The translations under genes were made by a program, and so were the position numbers. A stretch of 64,000 bases of DNA, taken from the NCBI GenBank assembly GCA_977017575.1, contig CDRNVI010000012.1, positions 806,001 to 870,000 on the forward strand, read 5' to 3'. The notes under the pieces were generated by a model. It was given only the letters and a program-made list of their open reading frames with translations. It was not told the DNA's origin and searched no databases. Shown here one piece after another: positions 23,305 to 32,551 of this stretch (its first letter is position 1; the number at the start of each line of letters is the position of its first letter). The stretch is from Paramoeba atlantica (taxonomy: Eukaryota > Protista > Discosea).

Positions 23305-24297
23305 TATAAAATTAACTAGCGGGGGTGTACCTTGGTTCCGTATCCCAGCTTTTTCGACTCACGCTAAAACCGTGACGCCGGAAAAATCACTTAAGCAAGC
23401 CCCTTAAGTGGGAAGCACCCTGAGCTGTAGATAGGTGAGGGAGATACGGAGTATCTAACTCACTTACTAAGGTTAATTCAAAAAATTGAAAATGCCCTTC
23501 AAAGAAGCGAAAGATCGAGAATTTTCAAAATTCCGAAACGTAGCAGTAGGTCATTAGATGAACTCTTTAATACTGGAAAAATCATCTAAAACAACCTTAT
23601 TTCTCAAATTTTAGAACACTTTTGGTAAAAAAAAAGTGCGTGTGCAAAGGTCTGCGATACGACAAACTGGTTGACTAAGAAGAGTCCTTTGAGTACAGTA
23701 AAAGTCACTATTCTGAGAGTCACTAAAAATGAGAATCGGGCTGTCAACGTTCAATTGGTAAAAATGAGAATGCAATGGTAAAATGAGAATGGGGCTTTAA
23801 CTTCTGATGTCAACGTTCAACTCGAATATAATCCGAAAAATGAGAATACAAAAAAAAACTTTTTTGAAGTGATATACAAGTATAGTATACACAATATAAG
23901 TCTTCTTCTTCCTCTTCTTGTATCGCCCTTTAAATAATGCTCACTCCAAACCACGGCCCCTCCCACGGTCCCCACGTCAAAGTCTTCGACGGATCGGGAG
24001 CAGGAGCAAGCATAGAGACGCCGTCCGATCTCCCAGGCGAACATATCCCTTTTCCTATGCCACGCCCTTGGTATAGCCCAGTGCTTTGCAGGAGCCTGGA
24101 CCCCGTTCGCGTCGGAGGGCGGAACGGCTTGCTGGAGCTTCACGCCCACGGAGGGACTGATAGCTGACTCGGGGTGGTCGGCCGAGTTAGTCCGGTGTAA
24201 CCTCCGTAGAGGGTGCATCGAAGCCAACCCGGGACCACGCCGCGCAAAACGGAAGAATAAAACGCCCAAATCCTCCGGCCCCGCGGACAGTAACCCC

Positions 24298-27200
24298 GTG
24301 AACGTAACGGGACAGACGAGCACACAAACCGAGGACACCCCTACCCCACTACCCGACCCCCACATTACAGACCCCATTCCCACACCCCCGCATCAGGGGG
24401 GGGCCAAGCGGGATGCCAGCGAGGATTGCGCCGAGGCTGGCAGCCTCAGAGCGGGCCCGTATCCAAAATCCCATTGTAATGGGGGGCCCAACCCGACACC
24501 CCACAGCTTTTCATCGGGCCCTAAGTCCACAACCCCTGTTCTGGGGGGGGCCATGCCGGATGCCAGCGAGGATTGCGCCGAGGCTGGCAGCCTCAGAGCG
24601 GGCCCGTATCCAAAATCCCATTGTAATGGGGGGCCCACCCCGACACCCAACAGCTTTTCATCGGGCCCTAAGTCCACAACCCTTGTTCTGGGGGGGGCCA
24701 TGCCGGATGCCAGCGAGGATTGCGCCGAGGCTGGCAGCCTCAGAGCGGGCCCGTATCCAAAATCCCATTGTAATGGGGGGCCCACCCCGACACCCAACAG
24801 CTTTTCATCGGGCCCTAAGTCCACAACCCCTGTTCTGGGGGGGGCCATGCCGGGTGCCAGCGAGGATTGCGCCGAGGCTGGCAGCCTCAGAGCGGGCCCG
24901 TATCCAAAATCCCATTGTAATGGGGGGCCCACCCCGACACCCAACAGCTTTTCATCGGGCCCTAAGTCCACAACCCTTGTTCTGGGGGGGGCCATGCCGG
25001 ATGCCAGCGAGGATTGCGCCGAGGCTGGCAGCCTCAGAGCGGGCCCGTATCCAAAATCCCATTGTAATGGGGGGCCCATCCCGACACCCCACAGCTTTTC
25101 ATCGGGCCCTAAGTCCACAACCCTTGTTCTGGGGGGGGCCATGCCGGATGCCAGCGAGGATTGCGCCGAGGCTGGCAGCCTCAGAGCGGGCCCGTATCCA
25201 AAATCCCATTGTAATGGGGGGCCCACCCCGACACCCAACAGCTTTTCATCGGGCCCTAAGTCCACAACCCCTGTTCTGGGGGGGGCCATGCCGGGTGCCA
25301 GCGAGGATTGCGCCGAGGCTGGCAGCCTCAGAGCGGGCCCGTATCCAAAATCCCATTGTAATGGGGGGCCCACCCCGACACCCAACAGCTTTTCATCGGG
25401 CCCTAAGTCCACAACCCTTGTTCTGGGGGGGGCCATGCCGGATGCCAGCGAGGATTGCGCCGAGGCTGGCAGCCTCAGAGCGGGCCCGTATCCAAAATCC
25501 CATTGTAATGGGGGGCCCATCCCGACACCCCACAGCTTTTCATCGGGCCCTAAGTCCACAACCCCTGTTCTGGGGGGGGCCATGCCGGACGCCAGCGAGG
25601 ATCGCGCCGAGGCTGGCAGCTGCAGAGCTGGCCCGTATCCAGAATCCCATTGTAATGGGGGGCCAACCCCGCACTCTCACGGGACCCTGATCGAGCACAT
25701 CGCGGCGGCCGCCAATGTGCCCAAAACTTCTCAGCGGACGACGGGACAGGGGGGGACATCGGAGGTGGGGGGAGTGTCTTCCACCACACGAAACAAGCAA
25801 TCCACCCCGACAACCCAGGGCGCTCCAGTTGAGGTGCGTGGACAAGCCCCTTCCCCCGAAAATTTAGCAGAGCTCCTGGGGAGGGGGTCCTTACGTAAAC
25901 TGTACGCACTCCAATACCCGGCTTGGAAGGAATACACTGCCGGTGTATGCCACGATTTTATTAATAAGTCGGTGGAGGGCAAGGTCGAGATAGCCTGGAA
26001 CCTCCTCCTCGCCGTTAAACGTTTCCTTTTCCTCCCCGAGGACAAGCTGTCGCAACGCCAGCTAGCGCGCGAACTTAGAATGCGCGCCCATTTAGAGGGT
26101 TCGGAGACCTTGGCTCCATCCCCGAGTCAGGCCAACGGCCCCCCGTGGTCTGTCAAAAAACGGGTCGAGGAATTGTGCAGGGCGGGTTGCTTCTCCAGGG
26201 CGGCCAAAACGATGGAGGCGCCCCTCAATCCTCCGGCCAACCCCACGGCGGCCCTAGAACAGGCAAAACGTCTACACCCCACAGGCGGGCCCTACACTGC
26301 GGGGAAATTCAGGTACAACAGGGACCGACACGGAACCCTACCCTCCCCCGCCGATGTGGCCAGGAAGGCTCAAATCCTGGCCCCTATCCGCGCCCCCGGA
26401 CCTACGGGATGGACCAAGGAACTGCTTGTCCCAGTCCTCATGGAAGATGGACCCCGCGAGTGTATCACGTGGATAATCCACGGGATAATGACCAACTCCC
26501 TCCCCCCCTCAATGAGGGAACTTCTCACGGGGGCGTCCTTAAAACTATTCACCAAACCGGACTCCCCGGCGGGGCACCACTCTTCCTACAGGCCCATCGC
26601 CATGGGAGAGTGCATCCTCAAGGTGGCGGGGCTCCTTGCCCTGGAGAAAATCCGGGAACATCTCCCCACTTACTTTCAGGGCATCCAGTTTGGAGCCCAA
26701 TACACGCAGGGGTGTGAGCACATAATTTATAATGTGCGACAGCACTTCAGGGACAGGCCGAAGGAGGTCATCGTGGCGGCAGACCTCGAGAACGCCTTTA
26801 ATAGCATCTCACGGTCGGCAATTTTTAGGGCGGTAAGGGGGGATCCGAAACTCCTCCCCATTGAGGGCATCACCCTGTTCAGCTACGGCACCACCAGTAC
26901 CCTTCACCTTGGGGAAGGCCAATGCATCACGAGCTCAAGGGGGGTCAAGCAGGGCGACCCCATGGCTCCCATCCTATTTGCCATAGGGATCCAGGGGGCA
27001 ATCGCCAGAGTGGCGGCCAACTTCACAGGCACGCTGAAGGTCTGGGCGTACCTGGATGACGTCACCTTTGCTGGTGAACCCAAGGTTTGCGCGGAAGCCC
27101 TAGAGGCCCTCCGCGAGGAGCTGAAGCATCTTGGGCTACGGTTAAATACTGCTAAATGCAAAGTAGCTACCAGACGCGAGGACCTCTTCTCCGAGTTCTC

Positions 27201-28413
27201 CGGATCTCGCATGGTCCACTCCCCCGGGGGGGTCAAACTACTGGGGGCCTTCATCGGGGTGTCGGAGGCTAGGGAGGAAGAATGGGTGCTTTCCAAGGCC
27301 CCCAAGGTAATCTCCTTCCTGGGGAAACTCAAGGACATTAGCAGGCAATGCGCCTTGCCCCTTTTAAGACTCTGTGGGAGTCCTCGATGGAACTACATCG
27401 TAAGGACCCACGACCCCCCGGTCACTAAAGTGGCCAATACCCAGGTCGACAAAGCCGTCCTGGCATGTGCTGAGGCCTTGCTCGGGGGGATGGGCTCCTT
27501 GGGAAAAACGCCGTTCTCCAATAACCTTTTCACGGCAGATTTCCTGGGGACCATCCCCTTCGCGCACAAGGCGGAAGACATGCAGGCCAAGGCGAAGAAC
27601 GCCCTACAGGGCCGACCCCAAGGCATGTCAGCCAAGGAACAGCGGCGCAACCTCTGTGAGGCCGCGTTGGGGAAAGCCCCGACGGCCACCCAACTGGTCT
27701 GCATGCGACAGACCCAGAACATTCACTCCACTAAGTGGATGAACGCATGGCCCAACAGGCCGGAGTATTACATGCGGGACCCGCAGTGGGAGACTGCGGC
27801 CCGTCTCCGGTACTTGGTCGCCCCCACCTCGGAACCTGAGCTCCAGTGCGTGTGCGGTGCAACCCTCCGCAATGAGGAGTTTTGCGTACACGCACTGGAT
27901 TGCAAAAAGGTTAAGGGGAAGACCCAGGCCTCCCGCCACAAGGAGGTCAAGGAAACCTTTCGAAACCTTCTTGTGCAGTATGGTTTCAAACCGGACCTAC
28001 ACGAACCGAGGTTCGACAATGGACGGGGGCCCGACATATGCTTCCAGCTGGGACGGAAGACTGCCCTAGTTGATGTCACCGTGGTGAACCCACTGGCCCC
28101 GTCCTACGTGGAGAAGGAGGCCGCAGAGCCCTCTCATACCCTGAGGATGGCAGAGGCCAACAAGCGGCGCTCACACGATGAGATGGCGACCGCCCGAGGG
28201 ATGGAATTTTACCCCTTGGCATTCACCACGTATGGGATCCCGGGCCCAGAGACTTTGAACTTCCTAACCAAGGTGGCCCGGGCTCACTCATCCGACAAGA
28301 ACGGATGCATGTCCCACCTTCTGATGGCCATAGGGGTGGCCATCCAGAAAGGTAATGCCCAGATTGTACAGGCGGCAGTACAGGACTGGTACCGCCGCGG
28401 GGTACGAGGCTAG
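24298..28413 (+). CDS. Element B polyprotein: 49-aa repeats, RT, CCHC and RLE endonuclease (frame open from 24016; first in-frame ATG near 24552)
   Basis: YRPIAMGE, DLENAFN, GVKQGDPMAP, YLDD, CVCG...HALDC, RHKEV, GPD and VDVTVVNP motifs; no internal stop. Confidence 0.92.
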   Translation: MNVTGQTSTQTEDTPTPLPDPHITDPIPTPPHQGGAKRDASEDCAEAGSLRAGPYPKSHCNGGPNPTPHSFSSGPKSTTPVLGGAMPDASEDCAEAGSLRAGPYPKSHCNGGPTPTPNSFSSGPKSTTLVLGGAMPDASEDCAEAGSLRAGPYPKSHCNGGPTPTPNSFSSGPKSTTPVLGGAMPGASEDCAEAGSLRAGPYPKSHCNGGPTPTPNSFSSGPKSTTLVLGGAMPDASEDCAEAGSLRAGPYPKSHCNGGPIPTPHSFSSGPKSTTLVLGGAMPDASEDCAEAGSLRAGPYPKSHCNGGPTPTPNSFSSGPKSTTPVLGGAMPGASEDCAEAGSLRAGPYPKSHCNGGPTPTPNSFSSGPKSTTLVLGGAMPDASEDCAEAGSLRAGPYPKSHCNGGPIPTPHSFSSGPKSTTPVLGGAMPDASEDRAEAGSCRAGPYPESHCNGGPTPHSHGTLIEHIAAAANVPKTSQRTTGQGGTSEVGGVSSTTRNKQSTPTTQGAPVEVRGQAPSPENLAELLGRGSLRKLYALQYPAWKEYTAGVCHDFINKSVEGKVEIAWNLLLAVKRFLFLPEDKLSQRQLARELRMRAHLEGSETLAPSPSQANGPPWSVKKRVEELCRAGCFSRAAKTMEAPLNPPANPTAALEQAKRLHPTGGPYTAGKFRYNRDRHGTLPSPADVARKAQILAPIRAPGPTGWTKELLVPVLMEDGPRECITWIIHGIMTNSLPPSMRELLTGASLKLFTKPDSPAGHHSSYRPIAMGECILKVAGLLALEKIREHLPTYFQGIQFGAQYTQGCEHIIYNVRQHFRDRPKEVIVAADLENAFNSISRSAIFRAVRGDPKLLPIEGITLFSYGTTSTLHLGEGQCITSSRGVKQGDPMAPILFAIGIQGAIARVAANFTGTLKVWAYLDDVTFAGEPKVCAEALEALREELKHLGLRLNTAKCKVATRREDLFSEFSGSRMVHSPGGVKLLGAFIGVSEAREEEWVLSKAPKVISFLGKLKDISRQCALPLLRLCGSPRWNYIVRTHDPPVTKVANTQVDKAVLACAEALLGGMGSLGKTPFSNNLFTADFLGTIPFAHKAEDMQAKAKNALQGRPQGMSAKEQRRNLCEAALGKAPTATQLVCMRQTQNIHSTKWMNAWPNRPEYYMRDPQWETAARLRYLVAPTSEPELQCVCGATLRNEEFCVHALDCKKVKGKTQASRHKEVKETFRNLLVQYGFKPDLHEPRFDNGRGPDICFQLGRKTALVDVTVVNPLAPSYVEKEAAEPSHTLRMAEANKRRSHDEMATARGMEFYPLAFTTYGIPGPETLNFLTKVARAHSSDKNGCMSHLLMAIGVAIQKGNAQIVQAAVQDWYRRGVRG
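24397..25675 (+). repeat. 147-bp (49-aa) in-frame tandem repeat, 8 full units plus 1 partial, with a three-unit higher-order period
   Basis: GGAMPDASEDCAEAGSLRAGPYPKSHCNGG... units; the variant pattern of units 3-5 recurs in units 6-8. Confidence 0.95.
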
Positions 28414-28451
28414 CTGGGCGATGGGATTAGGGAAAAAAAAAAAAAAAAAAA

Positions 28452-28489
28452 AACTTTAACGATAAAGATACTGTTTCTGTACCTTGTTG
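28452..28489 (+). other. Spliced-leader (mini-exon)-like 38-mer with no intron donor after it
   Basis: AACTTTAACGATAAAGATACTGTTTCTGTACCTTGTTG. The last 23 nt match the trypanosomatid SL 3' half as recalled (GATACAGTTTCTGTACTATATTG) at 19 positions. It starts with AAC and ends with TTG. Confidence 0.7.
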
Positions 28490-28531
28490 AATTATTTTCC
28501 TTTTCTTTACCCTAAGCCATTCTTTCTTTTC

Positions 28532-28846
28532 ATGGTACTGACACGTTCTAAGGAAAAGAAAGACTCAAACTTCGATCGCGAGGCGGAGGCACACAAGCTC
28601 GTCTCCTGGGATCAATTCGCTGCGAACAAAGACCTCATTGAAGGCGCCAGCACCTATGATGAGAACTTATACACGACGCCACTTCCAACGGACCCTTCAC
28701 CCGAATCTTTGCGACAGGCCGACGAAATCTCGATGATCATCGAAAGCTCCATAGAAGGCGAAACACCTGACACTGGGCACCACCAGACATGTACCGAAGA
28801 AGAACTTTTCTGTAGGGTGCAACCATCCGAGCATTCCGAATTTTAA
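28532..28846 (+). CDS. 104-aa ORF carrying an LsmAD domain (ataxin-2/Pbp1 family), in frame with the downstream RT ORF
   Basis: WDQFAAN...STYDENLYTTPL...LRQADEISMIIE...TEEELFCRV resembles the LsmAD signature (WDQF..N, TYDENLYTT.L, A.RIA.EIE, EE.KYS.V). Confidence 0.75.
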   Translation: MVLTRSKEKKDSNFDREAEAHKLVSWDQFAANKDLIEGASTYDENLYTTPLPTDPSPESLRQADEISMIIESSIEGETPDTGHHQTCTEEELFCRVQPSEHSEF

Positions 28847-28900
28847 TTTTCCGGAGCGGATTCTCTCTCACCCAGCCAACAAAAATCCACAAACAAGGCT

Positions 28901-31900
28901 GTGAAAGAGAAGTTCGAGCGCCATTTTCGGACGTCCAACCGTAACGCGTACAATTGTGAAACCGAAAAGATGTTTTTTCCTGATCTTACGCCTCGAGAGC
29001 TTAGCTTCTCTGTGTCCGGACATAATAAAGGTCGGAAAAAGAAGAAGAGTCCCAAGAAATCCTCCCACTTTCAAGCGAAACACGATTCGGCAAGCGATAG
29101 CAGCGATGGGGCAGCCACAGATACAGCAGTAGGCCAAGTCCCCTACTCCCCGGAAGGTAAGCGCAAACGCCACGATCAAAGCTCCCGAAGAGCCTCAACT
29201 CAACCAGTCTCGACAGAACGGTCACACATACAAAACAAGGTACGGGAATGCCCTGCTGAAGGCTGCACATGGAAGACCGAGCCACACGGAGGTCAATGGA
29301 GGGCATTCTACAATCACGTTCACCACAGACACGGAGACAACGTTTCAGACACCTGGTGGAATGGGGAGGGGCGTTTCCGGTGCAAGAATTGTAACAAGCA
29401 CTACGAATTAAACAAACAAGATTCTCACGCCAAAAAATGCCCGTTCCGCAGCTCCTCAATGCCAGCCCAACCGCTACATCCATCGAATAGCGATACGCTA
29501 TCCCAGAAGACTACACCGGTCCGCAGCACACCGCCAACAGGCATTACAACATCCCCACAGACAGTAATCATTTCGGGAGATCCATCTCTTAATGCGAATG
29601 AACAGTCGCATTCGACGATGGATATTGACGTCTCCTTACCGGCCTTGTCTTCGGTGTGTGCATCGCCTATTATCACAAGCAAACACATCCCAAATTGCTG
29701 CAAGGCGGAATGGTCTCGAGTGTTTACCTCATGCTTGAATGCAGCCATGCTGGATAACACGTTGGAGGCTTGGACCCGCCTCGCTATGCTTCCTAAATGC
29801 GTACTCCCAGCCCCACACCGGGGCGGTAGCGGGAACAAAACCTCTTATGCGTCTTTCGTTCGTAAAAGCCTAGCTAGATGGAACCAACAAGAGTATTCGT
29901 CCCTCTGGAGCGACGCCATATCCAGTCTACGGCGCAAACGCAAACCCCAGACCCAGGCATCCAGTTTAGAGGAAGACGAAAAAAGGGCAGCACTACGAGC
30001 TGAGCGACTCGTTCGAGACAGAGAACTGTCACGTGCCATGACAGCACTGACCTCCGAACCACTCGCTCCCAACGACGACGCCACATACGCCAAACTTGTA
30101 AGCAAACATCCCTCGCGACTAGCGGAAGAACGCCCGAATATTCAACCTTCCCCCCTCCCCGTGATTCCGCTAAAGGCCACAGAAGAAGACATAACCGCGG
30201 CTCTCTCAAGCTTCCACCGTGGCTCCTCCGGTGGGGCATTTGGCCTCCGGCCCGAGCACGTGCAAATTGCAACGGAATACCACAACGACGAACGCACAAA
30301 CCCCTTGGGAACACTTACGAAGTTTACGAACCATCTCCTTTCCGGGAGAGCTCCGGAGGAGGTCCAGCCATACTTCGCCGGAGGACGATTGTGCGCACTT
30401 CATAAGGGGGAGCACGATGTACGACCCATTGCTGCTGGAGAAACTCTCCGGCGCCTGGCAAGCAAAGTTGCATGTCTTTCCGTCAAAGAAAAAGCCCGAA
30501 AGCTCTTTAGTGGGCATCAGTTTGGTGTTGCCATACCAGCAGGGATCGACCGGGTCATACATTTGTGTCGTCTAACGATGGCGGAACACTGTGCCGACGA
30601 GGACTTTGTTTTCTGCAAAGTTGACCTCCGGAATGCATTCAATCACGTGTCGCGTAACTGTTTTATTTCGCTTACACGCAAACATTTTCCCGAACTCAGC
30701 GCCTTTGTCGAATGGTGCTACGCCACCGACAGTAGTCTCACGTTCGGGGATCGAACAGTCACCTCCTCCGAAGGCGTCCAACAGGGAGATCCACTAGGTC
30801 CCTTCCTATTCTCCTTGGTAATGCAACAAGTATACCTAAAGATCCATGATGCGGCCCCAAAACTAGACTTAAACATGTGGTATCTGGACGACGGAATTCT
30901 TTCGGGAAGATCTTCAGATGTAAGGCACGCGCTCGACGTAATTGCCATCGAAGGTCCCAAATGGGGATTACATCTTAACTCCTCTAAATGCGAACTCATT
31001 ACCAATCCTGCGGCCTCGGATCGACTAGATCTCTTCCCAGATATTCCGGGTCTAAACAAGAAGTCGGAAGGCAACCTTGACATCCTAGGCAGCCCCATCG
31101 GATCCACGCCCCACTGTCGCCGATACCTTATAGACAACGCGGTCAGCCTAGCTGAGGAGTCCCTTGACGCGATCGAAAAGCTGGAAGATCCACAGGTAGC
31201 CTTATCTCTCATCCGTCATTGTACCGGATTCTGTCAAATGGTGCATACACTTCGAACTACACCCGCAACAGAGCTACAGGACCTCTGCCAACGCCTAGAT
31301 AATGCAGTCCAGCACGCAGCAGAGCGTTTCGTTGGTCCCTTGAGTGGCGCTGCTCGACGACAGGCGCAACGTGACAAGAGGTATGGGGGGTTTGGACTGC
31401 GCTCAGCGGAATCGCATGCCACATCAGCCTACGTATCGTCAGTCGCTTCCGCATCCTCTAAGGATCTTTGGGACCCAATGCAAGCCCAAGGCTTCGAGTC
31501 GGCAGTACGGGATGTGAATAGTCGTGCAGGATACGACCTCGTTTCTAACTCCGGGAGAATTATAAAGCCCCCTTCCCCCTCCCCACCGGAACAATCGTAC
31601 CCCGAGAGCACACGCTCTGATGAAGATATCCCGGACGCAGCCCACCCAAGCGAATCACTTAACACAGAATCCCGCCCCAAACTGGTAATCCCCCGCCAGC
31701 GCGAGCTAAGCCAGGCGATTTCCTCTCATGAATACGAGCTGGAATACGCGAAAGCTGATGCCAGAACCAGAGCCAGATGGGTTTCCCAAACGGGGAAAGG
31801 CGCATCGGAGTGGGCGTTCGTAACCCCATCAAAGAACAACGGTCATGCGTTCACCCCCACCGAATTTCGCATCCTAACTCGGTGGTGGCTCGGTAACGAC

Positions 31901-32551
31901 GTTTACCCAAAGGCCAGGCCCTGTCCTATGGACAAATGTGGATTGCCATTGGGCCCTGAAGGAGACCACGCCCTTTCTTGTAAGAGTGGGCACGGTATCA
32001 TTGCCCGACACAACGCTCTCGCTCGACAATTTTCCCTAGACTGCAACAGGTCTGGGCTGACAACGAAGCGTGAAGTCAGCCTAGATAATACGGGCCCAGG
32101 GGGTGGTCGGACCCGACCGGCCGATGTGTTTATTAAAGAGTTTTGCCTTGGCCAGGGTCTGGTCCTTGATTTCGCCGTCACCAATGTTCAGCAAACAAAG
32201 TATACGGACTTGGTCCGTGATGCTAACTTGGTTGAGGCGGGATCCTTCGCCGAAAGATACGCGACAGAGCATAAGCAGAAACAAAGGGAAGAAGCCGAAG
32301 CGGCCAAGCTCAGATTCGCAGCCATGGCTGTCGAATCGTATGGATCTTGGTCCCCAAGCGCTATGGCCGTCATTCGAGATTTATCGGTCAACCGCTCACT
32401 CCAATCCGCGAACCTATCCAAAGCAGACGCATTACACGAACTGTTAACTGCCCTGAACATTACCTTGATGAGATCACAAGCGCGAATGATGGTGCTGCGC
32501 TCTCCTCCCACCCCCGACTCAGACCTCGTAGGCTACGGCTCCGAGATTTGA
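28901..32551 (+). CDS. Element C polyprotein: C2H2 and C2HC zinc fingers, RT, CCHC and RLE endonuclease (frame open from 28847)
   Basis: CPAEGC...HVHHRH, CKNC...H...C, VRPIAAGE, DLRNAFN, GVQQGDPLGP, YLDD, RHNAL, RPADV and LDFAVT motifs. Confidence 0.93.
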   Translation: MKEKFERHFRTSNRNAYNCETEKMFFPDLTPRELSFSVSGHNKGRKKKKSPKKSSHFQAKHDSASDSSDGAATDTAVGQVPYSPEGKRKRHDQSSRRASTQPVSTERSHIQNKVRECPAEGCTWKTEPHGGQWRAFYNHVHHRHGDNVSDTWWNGEGRFRCKNCNKHYELNKQDSHAKKCPFRSSSMPAQPLHPSNSDTLSQKTTPVRSTPPTGITTSPQTVIISGDPSLNANEQSHSTMDIDVSLPALSSVCASPIITSKHIPNCCKAEWSRVFTSCLNAAMLDNTLEAWTRLAMLPKCVLPAPHRGGSGNKTSYASFVRKSLARWNQQEYSSLWSDAISSLRRKRKPQTQASSLEEDEKRAALRAERLVRDRELSRAMTALTSEPLAPNDDATYAKLVSKHPSRLAEERPNIQPSPLPVIPLKATEEDITAALSSFHRGSSGGAFGLRPEHVQIATEYHNDERTNPLGTLTKFTNHLLSGRAPEEVQPYFAGGRLCALHKGEHDVRPIAAGETLRRLASKVACLSVKEKARKLFSGHQFGVAIPAGIDRVIHLCRLTMAEHCADEDFVFCKVDLRNAFNHVSRNCFISLTRKHFPELSAFVEWCYATDSSLTFGDRTVTSSEGVQQGDPLGPFLFSLVMQQVYLKIHDAAPKLDLNMWYLDDGILSGRSSDVRHALDVIAIEGPKWGLHLNSSKCELITNPAASDRLDLFPDIPGLNKKSEGNLDILGSPIGSTPHCRRYLIDNAVSLAEESLDAIEKLEDPQVALSLIRHCTGFCQMVHTLRTTPATELQDLCQRLDNAVQHAAERFVGPLSGAARRQAQRDKRYGGFGLRSAESHATSAYVSSVASASSKDLWDPMQAQGFESAVRDVNSRAGYDLVSNSGRIIKPPSPSPPEQSYPESTRSDEDIPDAAHPSESLNTESRPKLVIPRQRELSQAISSHEYELEYAKADARTRARWVSQTGKGASEWAFVTPSKNNGHAFTPTEFRILTRWWLGNDVYPKARPCPMDKCGLPLGPEGDHALSCKSGHGIIARHNALARQFSLDCNRSGLTTKREVSLDNTGPGGGRTRPADVFIKEFCLGQGLVLDFAVTNVQQTKYTDLVRDANLVEAGSFAERYATEHKQKQREEAEAAKLRFAAMAVESYGSWSPSAMAVIRDLSVNRSLQSANLSKADALHELLTALNITLMRSQARMMVLRSPPTPDSDLVGYGSEI

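Larger units (their letters stand above)
23900..28453 (+). mobile_element. CRE-clade non-LTR retrotransposon B, apparently intact, with a very short 3' UTR and poly(A); 5' boundary approximate
   Basis: One long ORF; 19-nt 3' UTR ending in TTAGGG; A21 at 28433-28453. Confidence 0.85.

Noticed and set aside
24393-25690. Long alternative-frame ORFs (396 aa on -, 425 aa on +) over the 147-bp repeat
   Set aside because: They are by-products of a GC-rich repeat whose length is a multiple of three; there is no independent evidence.
28452-28560. A functional SL RNA gene
   Set aside because: No GT donor, SL intron or T-tract follows the exon-like 38-mer; it runs into a UTR and ORF.
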